A stretch of 64,000 nucleotides of DNA from the human T2T-CHM13v2.0 reference genome, Homo sapiens, in NCBI RefSeq assembly GCF_009914755.1, contig NC_060928.1; one strand, 5' to 3'. A program made the position numbers and the translations under genes. The notes under the pieces are model-generated. The model saw nothing but the letters and a program-made list of their open reading frames with translations. It did no database searches and was not told the DNA's origin. The number at the start of each line of letters is the position of its first letter. Position 1 is the first letter of the stretch. Below, one piece after another: positions 1 through 14,029 of this stretch.

Positions 1-1119
1 GCATAGAGCCCCCAAAATCAAAATGCTGATATTTTCATATATGACAAAACCCATGGTATGGGCCATGAGAATATTTTTTAAAGAGCTGTCATTTATTTAT
101 CAGCCTTCTAAAACACTCAAATGCACTTAGACAAAGACCTGGAACAAGCCAGATCTGTGGGGGCCCATAGCCAAGAAATGGGAATCACACAAAGTCTCCA
201 GAATCTGCTGGGGCCACAAGGGGAAACTCATACTGTGAGCTTCCATCTCACCAAATGCCGTGCAAGCAGGAGGAAAAGAGTAGGGAGGGTCTTGTTTCCA
301 CTTGTGGGAAGCAAGGAAAGGAAAAGAAGAAATTTTCAAAGCTACAACTGGGAACATTTACTTTATGCAGACAGCAGCTGAGTGAAGGTAATGAAATCCA
401 TGATGCTCTCCATAGCACTTTTCAAAGAGTGAACTTGTGAAAGTTTGTTATAGACTGCCAGAATCTTCCTTAGTAGTCTTTGAAGTAGGGAGATAGAGGA
501 TCCTATTATCCTCACTTTTCTGTAAGGCATACCTTTCATTTTTTTGCCCGTACATGTTTTTCAGATATATATTGATGAAAGCCAAACTGCTTACAGATAA
601 AACAGACTTAAGCAAAATATCTCTCCTCATATGATAGAGTGTGATAATGACAGGGCTTTTTTCTTTTAAGAAATGTAGGTGTTTGACTTGAAATCAGTGT
701 ATAGTAATATTCATTATGGTTTCTTTTCTCAAATTAATACTTATGGTAACATTATATACATTTGGTGATTTAATTGTCTCAAGTACTATGGTAACATCAT
801 GCCAGCTGCTTCAAACCTTAAAATTCTGTTTCCATTTCAAGACAACAAAAGCCCGTGCTCCAAAACCTTCAACAGTTAGCATTTCATTTTCTCTGGGCCC
901 ATGTCAGCAGTATAATCAGAAACAAAAGAAGAAATTATAAGGTTCATTCCCAACCCATCATGGAATGAAAAATCTCTCTAAATGGATCTTAAAAATCACT
1001 TCCCCTCTGTAAGAGAAAACATGCTGCAAAGAGAAAAGTTAAAAGTCACATTAGCTTGACATTGTAAATAAAAACAAAGCCCACATGTAAACTAATGCTC
1101 TTCATCCATCTGTCCCCAG

Positions 1120-1236
1120 GTCATAGATCTGTACTGGGGAGTGGAAGAAGATGAGTGGGACAGCCCAGAGCTCCAGAAGACCCGCATGAAGCTGCTGGAG
1201 AATTGCTTGAAAACTTCTGCAGGTCCATGTTTTGTT
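1120..1236 (+). CDS. NWD2: Internal coding exon (117 nt, phase 0/0) of NACHT and WD repeat domain-containing protein 2 (KIAA1239), N-terminal region
   Basis: Branch point ACTAAT (1091-1096), pyrimidine tract and CAG acceptor (1117-1119); open frame VIDLYWGVEEDEWDSPELQKTRMKLLENCLKTSAGPCFV; donor GTT|gtgggt at 1237. Peptide recognised from memory as NWD2; the family motif is DLRWG in NWD1-like proteins. Confidence 0.9.
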
Positions 1237-2249
1237 GTGGGTATAAAAAAACTAATGCTTTATATTAACTTTTAGATGAATGTGAGAATTATTGCTGATT
1301 TGTGATTCATAAGGGGTTTTTTAAATGAGGGGGAAAAAGACTTTTTTATGTCTATTTAAACATTTTAAGCTGTCTCCTGGCTCTCAATGTATGAGAACAA
1401 AAAGCTTCAACTTTCCATAAGAAGTGCTGCCAATTAACGGTGAATAATTTGAACTGGTAATCAAAGGGATTGACTTGGGTTTGACAACAATTTCTACAAC
1501 ACCTTGTGATCAACAATAAGGATTACTCTTTCAGACCTACAATAATTATCCTAGGTTTTCTTATCTTATTGTATAATATATTCCATCATAGTGCTTCTAG
1601 TTCTTAACGCTAGAATTTCTGGCATTTTTTAACAAAATGGCTGAAACATTGTTAAAGTAAATCAAATATACTATGTCTCATCTGCCAGTAGCAAATGGTG
1701 CCCTGTGAAAATGTTTGTTTCTACAGTGATTTTCAGCTACATGTTCATTATAAGCTAAAGATCGACAGAGATATTCCAAGTGGAACATTATTATTAATTC
1801 ATCGTTATTTTCTAAAGAATACTCACTCCTCTGTGTTAGCACGGTGGCAGTAAGATAAATAGGTCATTCTATGGCAGGTGGTTGTGCAAAAATCACTGCC
1901 TTAATTTAGCTTAAGAAAGACTTACCTTGAATTCAAACAGATCCTACCAATCGATAAGGGAAGTTGCCCCTTTGAACATAGGTTGCTCTAAGACTGACAG
2001 ACGAGTGTTAAAATTACCAGTGAGTGCTATGAAAAAAAATCACACCGTACTGTTAAAAACTAGATTCAATATATCAGCAAAAGTGTTCTTAATATTTATT
2101 TGCATATCCGTCTATATTTGGCTCCGCATAGGATTAGGAAGACCTACAGAGATGATATCACAAATCTGACCAGCTGATGGTAAATTTCTTACCCAGGCTA
2201 GTAAAGTGTATAAAGGCTGTATCATATAGTATTTGTAGTATTCCATACA

Positions 2250-3110
2250 TAGATAAGTTGATTACTCACTAACTGCCTGAGTGCTACCGTGTGCCAAGGG
2301 TTGCTCTTAAGTGCTGGGGGTGTGGTAGGTTGACCCATACGAAATTGTTATTTTGTGGGCCAGTTCCTTAGGATTCAACCTTAGAATTGAACTAAGAAGA
2401 TAAAATTTTTTGCTTTCCCGGAGCTTACATTCTAATGTGGGTGGAAGGGGGAGAGGGCAGGCAAAACCCAAATAAGTAAGATAAACAGTAAGTCAGTTGG
2501 TGATAAGTGCTATGGAGAAAAATAGAGAAATGAAAGAAAAGAGAGAATACCAGCGAGGGGAGAGATTTGCTACTTAAGATAAAACAGTCAGAGGAGGCCT
2601 CACTGATAAGGTGACTCTGAAGGGGAGATGGAAAGAGGGGCAGGAAAGAACCAGGTGTGGATATTCCAAGTCAGGTATTCCAGGAAGAGGGGTTGGCATG
2701 TTCAGGAAACAGCAAGCAGGCCTCTGTGCCTAGAACAAGTATGAATAGGGAGGAGGGCATGGGATATGGGGAACGTATCATGGGGCCTTTTCATCTTTTA
2801 TGATTAAGAGAATATTTTTATTTTTAAGAGTAAGAAGACTATTGTTATGGCTCAGCATAATTGGGAACCATCGATTTTGGAAAGGTAATTTCAGTAAGAC
2901 AATTCAATTCTGTAATCTTCAAGTTGACTTAAGGTTTTACCTCAAGTGACAGGAAAAACTGCAGAAGTGTTCTGAGCAGAGGAATGAAGTGATTTGACTT
3001 GTATTTTAAGCATGGCCTTGGCTGCTGGGTGAAGAATAGGGAACAGAGCAGGCAGACCTTTAGAGAGCTACTGCAATAAGCCAAATGAGAAAAATACGTG
3101 GTTTGGGGGG
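2250..3110. mobile_element. Degenerate L2 fragments
   Basis: L2 3'-type phrases such as tgagtgctaccgtgtgccaagg, ggagcttacattctaat, gtgataagtgctatggagaaaa and tgagcagaggaatga. Confidence 0.6.
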
Positions 3111-3319
3111 GTTGGGGGAACGAACACCGAAAAACAGTGTCCTGTGGCCTGAAAAGAATGCAAAAGAAGGCCTGAAAGTTGTGTTAAATATCTGAAGAGC
3201 AAGTAGCGGAAGAGATTCTTTTCCTTGGGTCATTGGAGGATAGAACTAGGAAGCAGATTTCAGCTTTGGGTGAAGAAGTTAAAGGATATATAGCTTCCTC
3301 TCAGGTTTTTGGATCCAGT

Positions 3320-3530
3320 ATCCCTGGGTTCTGACCTGATATTTCATAGCTGTGTGGCACTGCAGGAGTTGCTCCACTATTCTAAGCCTCAGTTTTTTGT
3401 CTGTAAAATGGAAGTGATAATAACAGTTATCTACCTCATCGGGTCATTCTGAGAATCAAATGAAATTACAGGCAGTTTTATAGTATTTCACACATAGTAA
3501 TCCATTAAAAAGTGTTCGTTGTTTCTTATT
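3320..3530 (+). mobile_element. MIR SINE
   Basis: MIR core ctaagcctcagttttttgtctgtaaaatgg...ataataacag...acctcat. Confidence 0.7.
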
Positions 3531-5706
3531 GTGTATTATTATCTATCACAGCTGCCTGAAGATGAAATCACCTGGCTCAAACTGTAATGATGCATCCCCA
3601 AAAAAGTTTTTATCAAAGTGAAGAACACAAACCACTCTGACAGGGGTGCTATAGAAGAGACTCAAATATTGGAAGACAGGTTAGGCCAGATTCCATTATG
3701 CTTAGAAAGCCAGATTTGGGAAGCATAACCCACTATGGGAGTGTCCTGGGAAACCTCAATTACTGTGATCTCCACAGCTTTACCGTAATCCAGCCTTGGA
3801 AATTCAGGAATGAGAGAGATGTTCTCCCCCTTTTATAACCCTGTTGAGTGCCATCCCTAAGCTAACTAAAATTAGACATGACTATGAATTCCAATAATTT
3901 GCTGGTAGGAGAATAAATAAAGACTTTGCAAGTTTATGCAGGTTATGAAAGCAAAGGTTAGCTGACAGAACAGCAGCAACATCTTTATTGAGCATAAACA
4001 AATCATTTATCCCTCCTTCTGCTCCCCTGTTACATGTTTAAACTCAGGGAAACCACGATAAAACCCTGCAGATAGAGCTAGGATTATTCACCCCAGCGAT
4101 CCTAAATCACACAAGGCTTGTATCTCACAGCTTATAGAAAAAGAAAAAAAAAGTACTCCTCTTAGGGCCTTTCCTGTTGTAACTATGGTGACAACTGGCA
4201 TGTGTGTGTTACTTTTAAGCTCCAGTTTCCTCGCCCAGTGCTCCCTTGTGGATATTTCTAGAAGTCATGATGACCCCTGTGGGATGCAGAGCTTAACATA
4301 ATACTTCCCCTAATGCTGAAGTCTTTGGCAAGGAAATTCACCACTGCTGAATGAAAAAAAAAAAAGTTTTTATATCTTCAAAGGCTTCACAGTCTTTAGC
4401 CTTTATGTTAGGTCCAAATAAATTAAGGACCAGATGAAGCTTTCCTTTTAAACACCCAGGGAATTGAGTTCCAAAGGGAACTTTAGTCTTCAGTATAGTT
4501 CGTGCTTGGCCTTTTTCGACTTCATTTCCTATAAGTTGTCATTTAGATAATGGCCCAAGGTTCCACTGACATGCAAGCTGTGCTGTAATTCTGGACAGCT
4601 GTTTTACACACATGTTTTTGTCCATGAAGAGATGAAGGTGCTAGAGTGAGGGAGCCTGGACATGTGTCTGGTCCTGCTCTCAGAGGACTAGCTTGGGAAA
4701 CATTGTAAAGCATACATCATCTTACTGAGAAGAACAACATTTGAATACATGTGTAGAGAGAGGCAAGTACAGTGGGAAGAGCCCAGAATTTTCATTTTAC
4801 AATCAAGCGAGAGCCCTGGTTCTCAGGGAACAAGTCACTAACTTAATTGTACTTTAGTGATCACATCTATAAATATGGGAAAATAATAACAATAAACTAA
4901 AAGTAAATTTTGAATCAATTTCAAAGGATTGTTGTGGGGACCAAATGTGATAATATATGTATGAGTTCTTTGTAAACCCATAAAAGGCTAACAACCAGTA
5001 ATTTTAGACCAAATAACTTAAAATGTGATTTATTTTCAAATAAGAATAAAAAGTTTTCATTTATATTAGGCATTTATGTGCTATTATAATTTTTCCCCTT
5101 AAAAATGCTGATAATCTAAATGTAAAAAGTATCAAGGCTTCATTCAGTCAAATGTTAAAGGATTTTAATTCATTCTTATGTGTATATTAATAAAATGTAA
5201 TATTTGTAAAATGCATATGGTACATATATATTTTGTTTTTCTAGATATGAATTTGCTGACATTTACTGACTAAAAGCTTTACCTATCCCCAAGGAGGGAT
5301 TCTGACCAAGGCAGCCCCTAGCAGGGAGACAAATCACAGCTGAGTAACAAAATCATCTTCATCACCTTTTAGGTGTAAAAAATTGCTGCAGGCTTTGCAA
5401 AGTGTGGAAAGGTCAACAAAATCTCCCCCACCTACTTGTCGCATTCCCTAGTCCATAGAAAATCCTTTTGTAGAGGGAGAGGAATACGGCCTTTTGGAGA
5501 GAGCAGAGGTCATATGATGCTAATTCTCTCATTATCTCATCCCCATCCTTCTCCATGCTGCATATTTATAGGGAAGAGGGGGTTTTCTTCTTGTCATCCC
5601 TCCAAATGTGGAGTACCCAAAAGAATTGCTTACAGAGTTTGAGCATTGATCCTGGACCCTGAATACAGGCCTGCCTCTTGGCAGAGTTGATAGAAGTAGG
5701 TGACTT

Positions 5707-8590
5707 CAATCAGAAACAACAAAGGTGACGTTATAACTGATCCCACAGAAATACAAAAGATCCTCAGGGTCTATACAAAAGATCCTCAGGGACTATTATG
5801 AACACATCTATGCACACAAACTAGAAAATCTAGAGGAAATGGAAAAATTCCTGGAAACACAACCTCCCAATATTGAACAAGGAAGAAACTGAAACCCTAA
5901 GCAACCAGTATTGAGGTCCAAAACTGAATCAGTAATAAACCTACCAACCAAAAAAAGCCCGGAACCAGATACATTCACAGACAAATTCCACCAGATATGC
6001 AAAGCAGAGCTGATACCTATTATAGTGAAACTATTCCAAAAACTTAAGGGGAAGGGACTGCTCCCCAACTCATTCTTAAAAACCAGCATCACCCTGATAC
6101 CTGGCAAAAGACAAAACCTGGCAAAAACACAATGAAAAAAGAAAACTACAGGCAAATATTCCTGGTGAACATAGATGCAAAAAAACCTCAACAAAATGCT
6201 AGCAAACCAGATCCAACAGCGCATCAAAAAGTTAAGTCACCATAATCAAGTAGATTTGATTTCTGGGATGCAAGGTTGGTTCAACATATGCAAACCAATA
6301 AATGTGACACACCCACATAAACAGAGTTAAAAACCATATGATCATCTCCATAGACATGGAAAAAGCTTTTGATAAACATTCCTTCTTGATAACCCTCAGT
6401 AAACAAGGCATCGAAGGAATATACCTCAAAATAATAAGAGCCATCTATGACAAACCCACAACCAACATCATGCTGAAGGGGCAAGAACTGGAAGCATTCC
6501 CCTTGAGGACTGGAAGAACATAAGAATACCCACTCTCACCACTCCTATTCAACACAGTACTGGAAGTGCTAGCTAGAGAAATCAGGCAAGAGAAAGAAAT
6601 AAAAGGCATCCAAATAGGAAAAGAAGAAGTGAAACTGTCTCTCTCCATGTATGATGTGATTCTATACCTAGGAAATCATAAAGACTCTTCCAAAGGGCTC
6701 CCATAACTGATAAACAACTTCAGTTTCAGGATACAAAATCTATATACAAAAATAAGTAACATTTCTATACACCCATAACGTTCAAGCTGAAAGCCAAATC
6801 AAGAAAGCAATTCTATTTACAATAGCCACAAAAAAATTAAAATACCTAGGACCACATCTAACCAAGGAAGTGAAAGATATCTACAAAGAGAACTACAAAA
6901 CACTGCCAAAAGAAATCACAGATGATGCAAACAAATGGAAAAACATTCCATGCTCTGGATTGGAAGAATCAATTCATTAAAGTGTTCATTCTGCCCAAAG
7001 CAATGTATATATTTAATGCTATTTCTATCAAACTACCAACGTCATTTTTCACAGAACTAGAAAAAACTATTCTAAAACTTATATGGAACCAAAAAAGAGT
7101 GTGAATAGCCAAAACAAAGCTAACCAAAAAGAACAAAGCTGGAGGCATCACCACATTACCCAACTTCAAACTATGCTATAAGGCTACAGTAACCCAAACA
7201 GCATGGTGCTGGTACAAAAACGGACACATAGACAAATGGAACAAAATGGAGAACCCAGAAATAAAGCTGCACACCTACAGCCATCTGACCTTTGACAAAG
7301 TTGACACAAATAAGCAATGGGGAAAGATTTTCTGTTTAATAAATTATATTGGGATAGCTGTCTAGCCATATGGAGGAGAATGAAATTGGACCCCTATCCT
7401 TCACCATACACAAAAATTAAGATGGATTAAAGGTTTAAATGTAAGACCTCAAACTGTAGTAATCCCAGAAGAAAACCTAGGAAATATTCTGGACATCGGC
7501 CTTGGGAAATAATTTATTAGTAAGTCCTCAAAAACAACTGCAGCAAAAACAAAAATTGACAAGTGGTACCTAATAAAACTAAACAGCTTCTGCGAAGCAA
7601 AAGAAACTATCAGCAGAGTGAACAGACAATGTACAGAATGGGAGCAAATGTTCAAAAACTATGCATCTGACCAATGTCTAATATCTAGAATCTGTAAGGA
7701 ACTTAAACAATGGAAGAAGCAAAAAAGACCATTAAAAATGGGCAAAAGATATAAACAGACACTTCTCAAAAGAAGACATACAAGTGTCCCGCAAACGTAT
7801 GAAAAAAATGCTTATCAACACTAATCATCAGAGGAATGCAAATCAAAACCACAATGAGATATCATCTCACACTAGTAGGGATGACTATTATTGAAAACTC
7901 AAAAAACAACAGATGCTGGTGAGGCTGTAGGGAAAAGGGAAAGATTATACATTGTCGGTGGAAATGTAAATTAGTTCAGCCACTGTGTCAAAAGCAGTTT
8001 GGAGATTTCTGAAAGAACTGAGAACTACCATTCAACTCAGCAATATCATGACTGGGTATATATCCAAAAGAAAATAAGTCTTTCTACCAAAAAGACACAT
8101 GTACTCACATGTTCATCACAGCACAATAGCAAAGAATCTAGGTGTCCACGTCTAGTGGATTGGATAAAGAAAATATGGTACATAAACACCATGGAATACT
8201 ACACAGCCATAGAAAAGCAAGAAATTATGTTCTTTGTAGCAACATGGATGAAGCTGGATGCTATTTTCCTAAGTGGATTAACTCAGGAACAGAAAACCAA
8301 ATACCACATGTTCTCACTTACAAGTGGGAACCAAAAATTGGGTACTCATGGACATAAAGATGGCAACAATAGAAACTGGGGACTACTCAGCCACACACAC
8401 ATGCTGCCATCAGTGGCACAGAGAATGAGGGAGGGGGCAAGGGTTGAAAACTATTGGGTACTATGCTGAGCACCTGGGTGATGGGATCAGTCGTATCCCA
8501 AACCTCAGCATCATGCAATACAGCCAGGTAACAAACCTGCGTATGTATGCCCTGAATCTAAAATAAAAGTTGAAATTATATATAAAAAAG
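5707..8590 (+). mobile_element. 5'-truncated L1 of L1PB type: degraded 3' two-thirds of ORF2 plus 3'UTR
   Basis: ORF2 remnants ([37 protein letters not shown]) with many stops and frameshifts; L1PB-type 3' end (ccaaacctcagcatcatgcaata...aaaataaaagttgaaatt); degenerate TSD 5692-5706 vs 8907-8921. Confidence 0.9.
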
Positions 8591-8595
8591 CAGAC

Positions 8596-8919
<324 letters not shown>

Positions 8920-9442
8920 TTACACTCTGCTGTCTTGAGCAACTAGAGTTTGAAAAGCTTAGTTACAGTATTGGAGAATCCGTCCCCACTCCACCATGTG
9001 TGTGGCATCCCTGGAGGATGCTCATAGCATCTCACTACAGTTCCTCAATCCGTAGTGTGGATGAGGTGGAAATTTGCTGTGGGAGAAGCATTGGCAGGTG
9101 ACCCTAGAGGAGCCAAGCCTGATACCACGCATGCGATGAGAGGAGCACCATTACCACCGATGGAGGCAGGTAAGAGGTTCTTCTGTGACTTCACATTTAG
9201 AGGGGTGTTCCCATACAGCAGGCAAGAGGAATCTTGCCTGCAGTAGTATGCCTTGTCAACTCCCTGAGCTCTCAGTGAACCAACACCCATGTAGCATCCT
9301 CATCGGGGCTGTGAGATTACACACATATATAAACAAACACAATCTGTCAGCATTGAGTAAAGAAGCAGCAGAGACCAAAAGAATGGGCATATCACCATTG
9401 TTGCTTGAGTATAAGCAGATGTCAGAGCAGACTTCTACCTCC

Positions 9443-9446
<4 letters not shown>

Positions 9447-9482
<36 letters not shown>
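9447..9482. repeat. (CA)n microsatellite, ~18 units
   Basis: Direct reading. Confidence 0.95.
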
Positions 9483-9485
<3 letters not shown>

Positions 9486-9719
9486 CATCAGTGGCACAGC
9501 TAGCAGGGAACAGAGAATGGGTCATGCTCATACCCACCACAGGCAGCTCCTGGCAGTGGACCCTAAGCCCAGTATGCACAAAGTAAGAAGAAAGAAGCCC
9601 AGAGAGCTACATTTTGAACGGGGCCATATTTTAAACCAAAAATATGACAACTTAAGGGATTGAACTGTGAAATCTGTTGTTATTCAGCAAGTTTGTTTTT
9701 TCACTAGGCAGAAGAGTAA

Positions 9720-10060
9720 AGACAAGACAAAGTGTGTAGCTGTAACTGACAAAGACTAACATTCTATTTTTGTATATCACTGAGTTACTCTCAAACTTAT
9801 AGCATATAGGTCAGTTCCTTCTCACCTTCTCATCACTCTCCTTCAGGTTAAATTATGTCTCCTTACAGTTTAGTTTCTTTAAATAATTTTTAGTAAAAGA
9901 AAACTATATGATGAGATTTCTTAAATCATTTGAAATAATTACAGTATTTTTTAAATCACTTAGCTTTGGAAAATATTTCACATTTATCCATATTCCAGTA
10001 TGTTTGCTTTATCATTTTAGGTATACAAAACAAAATACACACATGAAAAATTTAAATAAG
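9720..10060 (-). mobile_element. Old L1M fragment (probable)
   Basis: T-rich degenerate L1-like text (tctttaaataatttttagtaa...tgagatttctta...ttttttaaatcact). Confidence 0.45.
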
Positions 10061-11229
10061 TACTTAATTTTCATTCATATTTTAAAGTGCAGGGGGGTTT
10101 GTATCATTTAGTTCTAACCTTTATAAGTACAGTTCTACCAACCAAAATGTATTTTAAAATGAGAAAACAGTCATTGATTTGAACTGGAAAGTCATCTAAA
10201 TTAAACAGTCTAGCTTAAAAAGATCTTTCTTACAAATTTTATTTAAATAAAAATCTAAAGCCTCAGATTTTCCAGGTATTTTGCTCATATAGTCCAGAGA
10301 AACAAATATTTCTTTACTTATAAAAATGTTTGTCCAGTTGAAATCAACTAGTTGTCATAGCTCTGAAATAGGTTTCAATAATTAGTGACTTGATATCACC
10401 AAAAGAGCTTTAGAATGGACAAACATGGAAAATTAGCTTTCTTCTCAACAGTATTTAATTGTCTGGTGAAAGCCAAGAGGGCCGTTGAAATAATTATTGC
10501 TAATATATTAAGTATTTCCACAGTAAACTTTTACTAACATATAAGCTATTTCTATAGCTTAAGCTTAGTTGGTGTAAGAAAGCATTTTTTTATGATAAAA
10601 AGAATTATGGAGAAAAAGTGGACGGGAGAGTACTCAGTCTCTTTATAATTTAATTGGTAAAGAAAAATGTTCACTTTTATAGCTGTAGTCCAAAGGACTT
10701 CTAAGTAGGCCAGCAACAACTTTTTAAAAAGGTAAAATGTAAACATCATGTTTTTAAAAAGACAGTAGGGCTGTGGAGACAAATGTGATTAGACACACTC
10801 AATTTCCAGAAGGAAATGAGTCATTTCTTGGTAAGCTGGCTTTACAGATAGAGGAACCCCCAAATCACTGGGAGTTTTCTCCATGAATGCTCAATGCTGA
10901 ACATTGAGCAACATGGGAGGTTAGGAAGCTGGGATGGAAAGGCAGAATAAAGTCTCCAATAATATCTTGGTGTACAGGAGACAAAGTCCACTAGAATGTA
11001 GCACAAACATCTAACTGGTGTTGCCTTTGAGGCATTTTAATTCAAAGTAAGCAGAATCTAAAACTGCAACCGAGCCGCGGCCCAGTTCAGTTACTAATGG
11101 GAATGTGATAAGCCTCCCATTGCCCTATCAGTCTAACATAGGAAAGGAACCCCTAAATAACCATTATTTTAAAAATGAAGTTCAGAATACCATGAAAATT
11201 ACAAGACATGCAAGGAATCAAGAAACTAT

Positions 11230-12270
11230 GACTAATTTTAAAAGGAAGACTAAAGAATAGATGAAACAAGCAGAAAGATAACACAACTATTTTATTCACT
11301 GTAAATAATCTAAATCTTCCTATTAAATACAGGTTCAACTGTATGCGGTTTTCAAGAGTTCTCTTTAAAGGAAAGGGCATAAATCAGCTGAGAGTAAAAT
11401 GATAAAAGTATGTATATCTAGATATAGATATATATGCCATGGAAAGACTAACCAAAAGAAAATTACATCAATATCATATAGTAGGTTTTAAGTTAAGATA
11501 AAGTAGGATGTTTCATAATGATAAAAGGTTCAATTCAACAGAAAAATGTAATATTTCTATATTTCTATGCACCTAATAACATGGCTTCAAAATATAAAAA
11601 TCTTGACTAAAAGGAGAAATAGACAAATCTACAGTCATAATTGGAGATATTTACAAACATCTTTCGGTATCTAAGAGAAGTAGAAAACAAATCCGTAAGT
11701 ATGTAGATTTGAATAACATGATTTATAACATGACCTAATTAACATTTATAGAATGCCACATTCAATAACTGCAAAATATACCTTTTTTCAATTCACAGAA
11801 CATTTGCTAAAGTGCAAAGGATGATCCATCCATATGATGGGTAACAACACAAGTCTCAACAAATTTCAAAGGGTTGAAATCATACTAAACTTGTGCTCTG
11901 ACCTCGGTGGAATTAAAAACTGAAAAATAACTGAAAGATGACTAAACATGTCTAAATGTGTGAAAGTTAACACCGTTCTAAATAAACTATGGGTCAAAGT
12001 AGAAAAATCACAAGGGAAATCTAAAAATATTTTGAACTGCACTAACATGAAAACTGTGTCAAAACTTGTGGATTCAGCTAATGATACAAATTTCAAATTA
12101 TGGATTTCTATTTTTTCAATGCTTAGAAAAAACAGAAATCCATTATTTGAAATTCATATAATTAGAAAAGATGAGAATTTGAAAATTAATGATTTAAGTG
12201 TCAATCTGTCAAGAGGATAGAAAAAAAAGGAGAATTAGACCCAAGGCAATTGGAAGAAAAGGGCAATATT
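11230..12270 (+). mobile_element. Ancient L1M (L1ME/MC-like), endonuclease region of ORF2
   Basis: Recognisable EN-region DNA (gtaaataatctaaatcttcctattaaa, tatgcacctaataacatggcttcaaaatata, attggagat, aagtctcaacaaatttcaaag, ctctgacc...ggaattaaaa); no intact frame. Confidence 0.75.
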
Positions 12271-13139
12271 CATCAGAGTATAACAGCTTTTAAAACGCTT
12301 CTACAAATTATCAGTGCTACTTGTTCCTCTAAGGATAAACGGATGATAGGATTTCAGAGCTGGAAAGAGCCTTAAGATAATCTAGTAACTAAATAGTTAA
12401 AAATCCTGATTACACACAGGTAAAATTGAAACCCGAAGAAGTGAAGGGAATTTTTATTTTCTGAATGTGTAAAATACAGTAGATATTGTGTTGAACACGT
12501 TTCCTCTTTTTCTCATACCAACCCATGGGGCTGTTATTTCTCCGTCTCTATCAGTGAGGATGCTGAGACTTAGGTGATTTCTGCAATTTGCCTGATGTCT
12601 AACTAGTAAGGGATAAGAGCCAGGATTTCAGTCTAAGTCTCTTTAATCCAAAGCCAACATTCTTCCTACCAGCAGACCCTAAATGGTTTAACTGGAAGCT
12701 ATAATGAAGTCTAGAACCCAAGTCCTTTTCTCCCTGTCTGTTCTTTATCTACCGAAGTAGAGGGATTGAACTATAAGGTCCTGTTCCAGTTTTCTTGGTG
12801 GCATTTTCTCATATACAGTTGAATGACTCAGATAACATAATCGCTAGCCTAGTGTGTGATATACTTCTCTCTGGTAGGGAAGGAAGCTGTGTTGCCGCAA
12901 GCTTTAGTAAGATTGCTTCAGCCAAAACTTGGACTTTTTCATCTAATTTCCCTGGACTGAGAAACTCTAAGCTGCCAAAACCTGCACTTGAAAATGCCAT
13001 AAGTGCAAATTGTAAAAACAAAGATTTCTTAATTTTTCTCCCCTTGCACTTACCTAGCATCTAATTACGATGCAAGGTCCAGATCTGCTATATCCAACGA
13101 ACCTAAAGTCTCAAAATGCTTCTAGGAATGTGTATTTTC

Positions 13140-13830
13140 CATTGTTGTCCAATAAAACACAACAAGCAAGTTTCTATAGTGCCTATCATATGTAAAACTG
13201 TGCTAAGTTCTGTGAGCTAATGGTAAGTCATATACTACCCTTGACCTCTTAAGCACCCACTTAAACAGAAAGAGGTGTGCGTGCGGCTAAATATGATACT
13301 GTTTGATAAGTGAGATAATATAATATTAGTTAGCTGCTATGGAAGCAAAATGGGGAAACTGGTTTGTTCTGATTCTGTGTGTCACAAAAGGAATCACTAA
13401 GAGCTGGAAGGACTAAGAGCTTTCCATCTCTAAATCTAGGGCAGGAGAGGTGAGGGTACTTTGATTGTCCAGAGACCAGCAGTTCCTGGATGAAGGTAGA
13501 ATATAGGGTTAGTGACAGGGCATTATGGAACATGAGGCAAAAAATGTAATTTGAGGCCAGACCTTCTAAGTTAAATTTCTGCTTAAGCTTGTTAGCAGTG
13601 AGGAGGACATCCTGTTGAGATTTGTAACTAAAGGCAGTGAGTTCAAGAGGCTAGAAACAAGAGACCTAACTAGCAACCTAGCTAATGTCATGATCCAGAT
13701 GAAAGATACCCTGATGAGCTAAGGGGGTGAAATAGAAAGGTGGGCATAGATTAGAGATACTTCAGAGACAGAATTGGTAAGAAGTTGTTGACTGTTTGAG
13801 GGCTGAGGGAGAAGGATGAGTCTAAGTCAC
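13140..13830. mobile_element. Degenerate L2 fragments
   Basis: L2-like phrases (ctgtgctaagttctgtg, aggtgggcatagattagagatac, gggctgagggagaaggatgagtc). Confidence 0.5.
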
Positions 13831-14029
13831 CTTAGTCACCTGCTGATGCCCAGATTATTAGCTCTTCCTTCCATCACACCATTATAGATACTTAAATATA
13901 CACACTGAAACACATGTTATGGAGAAACTTATGATCCAAAATTTATGAAAGGTAATTATTTGGTGAAATAAAATATGTATTAATCAGACAGAATGAATAA
14001 TATTTTCTGTTTCTTACAATCTGTGTGAG

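Noticed and set aside
121-440. Overlapping short ORFs upstream of the exon
   Set aside because: No recognisable product; consistent with chance ORFs in the preceding intron.
12795-13064. Overlapping ORFs on both strands, as a possible further exon
   Set aside because: No similarity to NWD2 or any recognised protein and no convincing splice pair.
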